Below are positions 38,813-42,726 of a stretch of DNA of 42,726 nt, in pieces (positions within the stretch are counted from its first letter, which is position 1; every line of letters begins with the position of its first letter). A program made the position numbers and the translations under genes. This DNA comes from a virus, in IMG/VR virus record IMGVR_UViG_3300029566_000029; one strand, 5' to 3'. The notes beneath the pieces were generated by a model. It saw only the letters and a program-made list of their open reading frames with translations, had not been told where the DNA came from and did not search any database.

Positions 38813-38977
38813 TTGAGATGCCCGACTTGTGGAATTGAGTGCAGGACCGATTCCGGCACGAATGTGCTGAAATTTATCTGCCGCAGCAAACAGTGCCCGG
38901 ATTATGGGCATGTGATGGGGGAAAAGCCCCTGAATGAGCCTGTTGTACGGGTGAATTACCCGGTGCAGGACGATTGA
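38813..38977 (+). CDS. Small zinc-ribbon protein (54 aa)
   Basis: A TTG start lies 6 nt after GGAGGGG. The motifs are RCPTCGIEC ... CRSKQCPDYGH. The start is uncertain, because the track uses an upstream TTG at 38756. Confidence 0.4.
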   Translation: MRCPTCGIECRTDSGTNVLKFICRSKQCPDYGHVMGEKPLNEPVVRVNYPVQDD

Positions 38978-39010
38978 AGCGGATATAGAATCCGCACTTA
39001 CGATAGAAAT

Positions 39011-39045
39011 AGCGCTTATCCCATTGGGGGTAGGCGCTTTTTTTA
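39011..39045 (+). terminator. Rho-independent terminator
   Basis: A 12-bp stem, AGCGCTTATCCC / GGGGGTAGGCGCT (two G-U), is followed by TTTTTTT. Confidence 0.7.
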
Positions 39046-39086
39046 TACCCATTTTTAGCCGACGGGCGTTGTACGTGGAGGAACCA

Positions 39087-39902
39087 ATGGAAAAACTTGA
39101 AAACGGCGTGACCGAGAGCGTAGCCGACTCTGAACCCAACCTGGAAGAAACTGCTGTGGAAGAAACTACGCAGCAGGTGGAAGAACCTGCTGCAGAAGAA
39201 CCGGCGCAAGAGCCGGAAATCCCCGATTCAGTTTGGGCCATTGCCCGCAAGCGCAGCGAGCGAGAGGCACAGGCAAGAATCGACCGGCAGATCGCGCAGC
39301 GTTTTGGACAGTACAAAAACCCCGCCACAGGCAAGAACATTGCAACACTGGATGATTACTTTGCCGCAATGGATGCCCAGGCGGAACAGAGCCGCCAGGA
39401 TGCCATCGACCGTATGACGGCCAACCAGAGCAGGGAACAGCAGGAAGCACTGCGTCAAATCCTTGCAAACGACCCGGAAAAGCGACGTTTGAATGCCCGG
39501 GTGCAGGAATTGGAGCAGAAACAGATTGATGAGCAGGCAGGAGCTGCGTTTAACCGCGATTTTGCCGAGCTGCAGAAGCTAGAACCCGCTTTGAAAACCG
39601 TAAACGACCTGGAAAAGCTGGACGGCTTTGACAAAATTGTACAGCTTGTACAAGAAAAGGGGCTTGACATGGTAACGGCCTATAAGGCTGTGAACTTTGG
39701 CAGGGCCACGCAGGCCAGCCAGGCGGCAGGAAAGCAGGCGGCTATCAATGCTGCCAAGGGGAAGAACCACCTTGCCGCCCACGATGGGCAGGCGCAGCCG
39801 GGAACCCAAAAGGTAATGAGCGAAAGCATGCTGAACCTTGCGAAAGAAGCGTTCCCGGACAAATCCGATGCAGAAATTCAGAAACTTTATAACTCGATTT
39901 GA
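39087..39902 (+). CDS. Scaffolding protein candidate
   Basis: ATG 39087 follows GGAGGA. The N-terminus is acidic and the body is long, helical and rich in Q/E/A/K. The gene lies immediately upstream of the capsid gene. Confidence 0.6.
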   Translation: MEKLENGVTESVADSEPNLEETAVEETTQQVEEPAAEEPAQEPEIPDSVWAIARKRSEREAQARIDRQIAQRFGQYKNPATGKNIATLDDYFAAMDAQAEQSRQDAIDRMTANQSREQQEALRQILANDPEKRRLNARVQELEQKQIDEQAGAAFNRDFAELQKLEPALKTVNDLEKLDGFDKIVQLVQEKGLDMVTAYKAVNFGRATQASQAAGKQAAINAAKGKNHLAAHDGQAQPGTQKVMSESMLNLAKEAFPDKSDAEIQKLYNSI

Positions 39903-39917
39903 AAGGAGCCACGATAA

Positions 39918-40919
39918 ATGGCAGTTATTTTTAGTAAATCCAGCGGCGCAGCCAATGATTATTGGAACGAATGGGCCGACATGATCCAGATGAAGATGAA
40001 GGACACCGACAACGAGAAGAACAACGACGACGAGCTTGTCAATGCCCTGTTCAACGTGAAGAAGTCCAAGCGTTTTGGTGAGAAGATCGCGGGCCTGTCT
40101 ACCTTTGGCAACTTTGAGGTTGTGGACGAGGGCGCAGAAGCTCCGGCCGATACCCTGAAAGAGACTGAGCCCAAGCTGATTACCCACAGCGAGTTCAAGA
40201 AACTGTTTGAAGTCACCAAGACCATGAAAGAGGACTTGCAGTTTGACATTGCTGCTACCAAGGCAGCCGCCAATGTACGCTCCTACAAGCGCAGCCGTGC
40301 AGAGTTTGGCAGCAACGCGCTGACCAGTGCCGCCAAGACCTTTACCTACGGCAGCAAGACCGGACTGGACAGCACCACCGCCGACGGCCTGGCCCTGTTT
40401 GATAAGGCGCATACCGGCCTGACCGGCGTTGCGACCCAGTCCAACGTGTTTACCAATGCCTTTGGCAATGACGACGCCATGCTGAACCGCCTTGCCAACA
40501 TTGGCATGAACTTTAAAAACGCCACCGGCCATGTGATGGGCTACACCTTCGATACCCTGATCGTGCCCGGCAACGCCTACCGCCTGATTACGTTGGGCAA
40601 AAAGATCATCAACAGTGACCAGCAGGTTGGCAGCAACTACAACGATGCAAACGTGAACAAGGGCATGTGGAAGCTTGTAGTTGACCACCATTGGCAGTGC
40701 GCAGATGGCACCGAGCCGTACATCATCATGTCCAGCCAGGCCAACAAAGACCTGATGGGCAACATGTTCTACGACCGTACCCCGCTGGAAATTGAGCAGG
40801 ATGTGGATGTGCGCACCCAGAACCTGATTTCCAGCTGCCGCTGCCGTTTCAGTGTCGGTTTTGGCGATTGGCGTCACATCCTGCTCGGAGGCGCCGCTGC
40901 CGGTACGGAGTTGACCTGA
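39918..40919 (+). CDS. Major capsid protein
   Basis: The product is 333 aa with RBS AAAGGAG. It follows the scaffold gene and a strong terminator lies downstream. I recognise no sequence motif, so the call rests on size and position. Confidence 0.7.
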   Translation: MAVIFSKSSGAANDYWNEWADMIQMKMKDTDNEKNNDDELVNALFNVKKSKRFGEKIAGLSTFGNFEVVDEGAEAPADTLKETEPKLITHSEFKKLFEVTKTMKEDLQFDIAATKAAANVRSYKRSRAEFGSNALTSAAKTFTYGSKTGLDSTTADGLALFDKAHTGLTGVATQSNVFTNAFGNDDAMLNRLANIGMNFKNATGHVMGYTFDTLIVPGNAYRLITLGKKIINSDQQVGSNYNDANVNKGMWKLVVDHHWQCADGTEPYIIMSSQANKDLMGNMFYDRTPLEIEQDVDVRTQNLISSCRCRFSVGFGDWRHILLGGAAAGTELT

Positions 40920-40920
40920 T

Positions 40921-41070
40921 ATGGCCCCGAAAGGATTACAGCCAGGGGATACCTTTGCCGAGGGCAAGCTGACCTATGTGGTTGTGGCGGTAAACGCCGA
41001 CGGCAGCTATGATGCCAAGCTGGCAGAGAAAACCCCGGAAGTAAAACGCGGCAGACCCAAGAAAGCATAA
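40921..41070 (+). CDS. Small ORF (49 aa) with AT-hook-like tail, below the track cutoff
   Basis: The ATG lies 1 nt after the capsid stop (TGATATG). The product is MAPKGLQPGDTFAEGKLTYVVVAVNADGSYDAKLAEKTPEVKRGRPKKA. It ends just before the terminator. Confidence 0.45.
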   Translation: MAPKGLQPGDTFAEGKLTYVVVAVNADGSYDAKLAEKTPEVKRGRPKKA

Positions 41071-41075
41071 GCACA

Positions 41076-41105
41076 GCGGCCCTGTTTATGCAGGGCCGCT
41101 TTTTA
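41076..41105 (+). terminator. Rho-independent terminator between capsid unit and portal
   Basis: GCGGCCCTG-tttatg-CAGGGCCGC followed by TTTTT. Confidence 0.85.
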
Positions 41106-41142
41106 TCACATTTGCGGGGGCATGACCCTACAGGAGTGAACA

Positions 41143-42726
41143 ATGAAGAAGAACGATGATAAAGACAAAAAGCTGCTGGAAAAATGGCAAGGCAAGTTAT
41201 CTGCCGCAAAAGCACGATACAGCGCAGAGCTTGCAGCCATGCAGCGGCGTGAGGATATGTACTACGGAAGCCACACTATCCAGGGAGCCAAAAAGACGGC
41301 AAGCAATGTGCGGAATGTGGTGTATGAGCTGATCGAAAGCGAAGTGGACACCAGTATCCCGCAGCCGAAGGTAACAGCCATCCATGCAGAGGATGTGGAA
41401 AAGGCCCGGAAAATCGAGAATCTTTTGCGAAACGAGATTCGACGGATGCCTATCCCAGAAATGAACGATAGCAGCGAGAGAACCGTGACCATCCAGGGCG
41501 GCGATTTTTTCCATGTGGAATGGAACCCGGTTGCCGGGTATCACTGCACTTTGGGCGATGTGGAAGTTAATTTACGCCATCCGAGACAAGTCATACCGCA
41601 GCCGGGCGTATATCGGCTGGAAGATATGGACTATGTGTTTTTGCAGATGAGCAAGAGCAAAGAGGCTTTGGAGAACAAATACGGCGTAGAAATTGACACA
41701 GACACCGAAGATGCCCCGGAGGTGCGCGGCAACGATGCCAGCACGGCCAGCGGTGTTGTGACCCAGAACATTGTGTACTACAAGCACGATAAGGGCACAG
41801 TGGGCATGCTGAGCTGGTGCGGCAACCAGATTTTAGAGAATTACCCGGACTATTACGCCAGAACCAGTGAGGTTTGCACCAAGTGCGGACGCAAGCGGGT
41901 AGGGGATGTATGCGTTTGCGGAAACAAACGATTTAAAGAAGCCCCGGTACAGACCATTACCCTGACGCAGGATTTGGTGATGAGCGACGGCGAGACCATC
42001 CCGGCGCAGACACGCGGCGAGGATATGCCGATTTTAAACCCGGACGGCAGTATGCAGCTGGACAACGATACCGGCGAGATGATCATGATGCCCGGCGAAC
42101 TGGAAGCAACCGAAATCCCCGCCTATAAACCGCACGGATTCCCGATCATTGAGAGAATCAATATCTCGGCAGCTGACCGCTTTTTGGGTGTGAGCGATGT
42201 GGATATTATCTCGGACCAGCAGCAGGCAATTAACAAATATGGCACAAAAATCCAGGAAAAGTTGCTGAAAGGCGGCAGTTATGTCACCTTGCCGGACGGT
42301 GTGGATGTTGACAAAAGCGACGATGAGTTAAAGATTTTGCGCATCCAGAACCCCAGCCAGGCAAACCTTATCAGCGTTATCAATGTGCAGCCAAATGTGC
42401 AGAATGACCAGAACATGTTGGAGTACAACTATAACTGGGCAAAATCTGCTTTGGGTATTACCGATGCTTTCCAGGGCAAGTACGACAGCTCCGCTACTTC
42501 TGGCAGTGCAAAGCAGTTCAGTGCGAACCAGAGCGCAGGACGTTTGCAGAGCAAGCGTGAGATGAAGAACAACGCCTACGCCAGGCTGTACCGGCTGATG
42601 TTTGAGTACTTGCTGGCCTATGCGGACGAGCCGTACCCAATGACCGAGACAGACACGGACGGGGAGCAGCAGTTCGGCCACTTTGACCGCAACGACTTTT
42701 TGAAGCGCGACGCTGCCGGGGAACTG
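41143..42726 (+). CDS. Portal protein, N-terminal 528 codons (ORF runs off the window end and continues at base 1)
   Basis: ATG 41143 is preceded by AGGAG at 41132-41136. The frame stays open to base 42726 with no stop, so the ORF is absent from the supplied track. It continues in frame through the 99-bp overlap to the stop at 412-414, giving 632 aa in total. Size and position (after the capsid gene, before the neck/tail genes) fit a portal. Confidence 0.7.
   Translation, partial: MKKNDDKDKKLLEKWQGKLSAAKARYSAELAAMQRREDMYYGSHTIQGAKKTASNVRNVVYELIESEVDTSIPQPKVTAIHAEDVEKARKIENLLRNEIRRMPIPEMNDSSERTVTIQGGDFFHVEWNPVAGYHCTLGDVEVNLRHPRQVIPQPGVYRLEDMDYVFLQMSKSKEALENKYGVEIDTDTEDAPEVRGNDASTASGVVTQNIVYYKHDKGTVGMLSWCGNQILENYPDYYARTSEVCTKCGRKRVGDVCVCGNKRFKEAPVQTITLTQDLVMSDGETIPAQTRGEDMPILNPDGSMQLDNDTGEMIMMPGELEATEIPAYKPHGFPIIERINISAADRFLGVSDVDIISDQQQAINKYGTKIQEKLLKGGSYVTLPDGVDVDKSDDELKILRIQNPSQANLISVINVQPNVQNDQNMLEYNYNWAKSALGITDAFQGKYDSSATSGSAKQFSANQSAGRLQSKREMKNNAYARLYRLMFEYLLAYADEPYPMTETDTDGEQQFGHFDRNDFLKRDAAGEL
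42628..42726. repeat. Terminal direct repeat, right copy (circular-assembly overlap)
   Basis: Exact 99-nt copy of bases 1-99. Confidence 0.9.

Noticed and set aside
39579-40967. 462-aa minus-strand ORF opposite the scaffold and capsid genes.
   Set aside because: It is an antisense shadow ORF spanning two well-supported plus-strand genes and their junction. It has no RBS.

Overview
This window is a complete, circularly closed temperate phage genome with a unit length of 42,627 bp. Bases 1-99 are repeated exactly at 42628-42726, and the portal ORF crosses that junction in frame. The signals point to a Gram-positive, Clostridia-type host: AGGAGG-like RBSs, many ATGA/TGATG coupled starts, an M23+GH25 lysin with holins and no spanins, and a CCA-encoding tRNA fragment at attP. 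I see no tail tube, sheath or tape-measure genes, so the best reading is a podovirus-like virion with a giant 2047-aa internal/ejection-type protein.

Layout:
- Plus-strand late block: terS 34954, terL 37225, scaffold, capsid, portal 41143..414, neck/tail genes, collagen-like fibre, SGNH-esterase fibre, lysin and holins, 270-aa and 2047-aa proteins, a small HTH regulator, and three orphan genes ending at 18330.
- Minus-strand early block, 29328 down to 18384: Cro-like repressor, hexapeptide-repeat protein, recombination genes, SSB, replisome organiser with internal iterons, DnaB, RusA, many small Cys-rich proteins, a Lar-like protein, a HicB-DUF551 fusion and a RinA/ArpU-like regulator.
- Lysogeny block, 29547-32371: CI-like repressor, a membrane moron and a tyrosine integrase. 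It ends in attP, a tRNA 3' fragment flanked by TTTACGAC arm repeats.
- attP-proximal leftward accessory operon: a J-domain protein, two unknown proteins and a lipoprotein. It is driven from a dense operator/promoter node beside a ribbon-helix-helix (RHH) gene.

Most unusual observations:
1. About 1 kb of ORF-free, GC-rich, helix-dense sequence with an embedded tRNA-like cloverleaf lies between terS and terL. It is a candidate giant ornate ncRNA, either ROOL/GOLLD-like or new.
2. The RHH node carries five copies of the palindrome CATGCTAGCATG over three near-consensus promoters, resembling a second, immI-like immunity region.
3. A promoter-leader-terminator unit sits in front of terS, and terminators recur throughout the late block. 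This implies processive antitermination.
4. The CI/Cro switch has face-to-face promoters.
5. A 32-unit 18-bp tandem array encodes a hexapeptide-repeat early protein.

All domain calls rest on motifs read by eye. No database search was possible.
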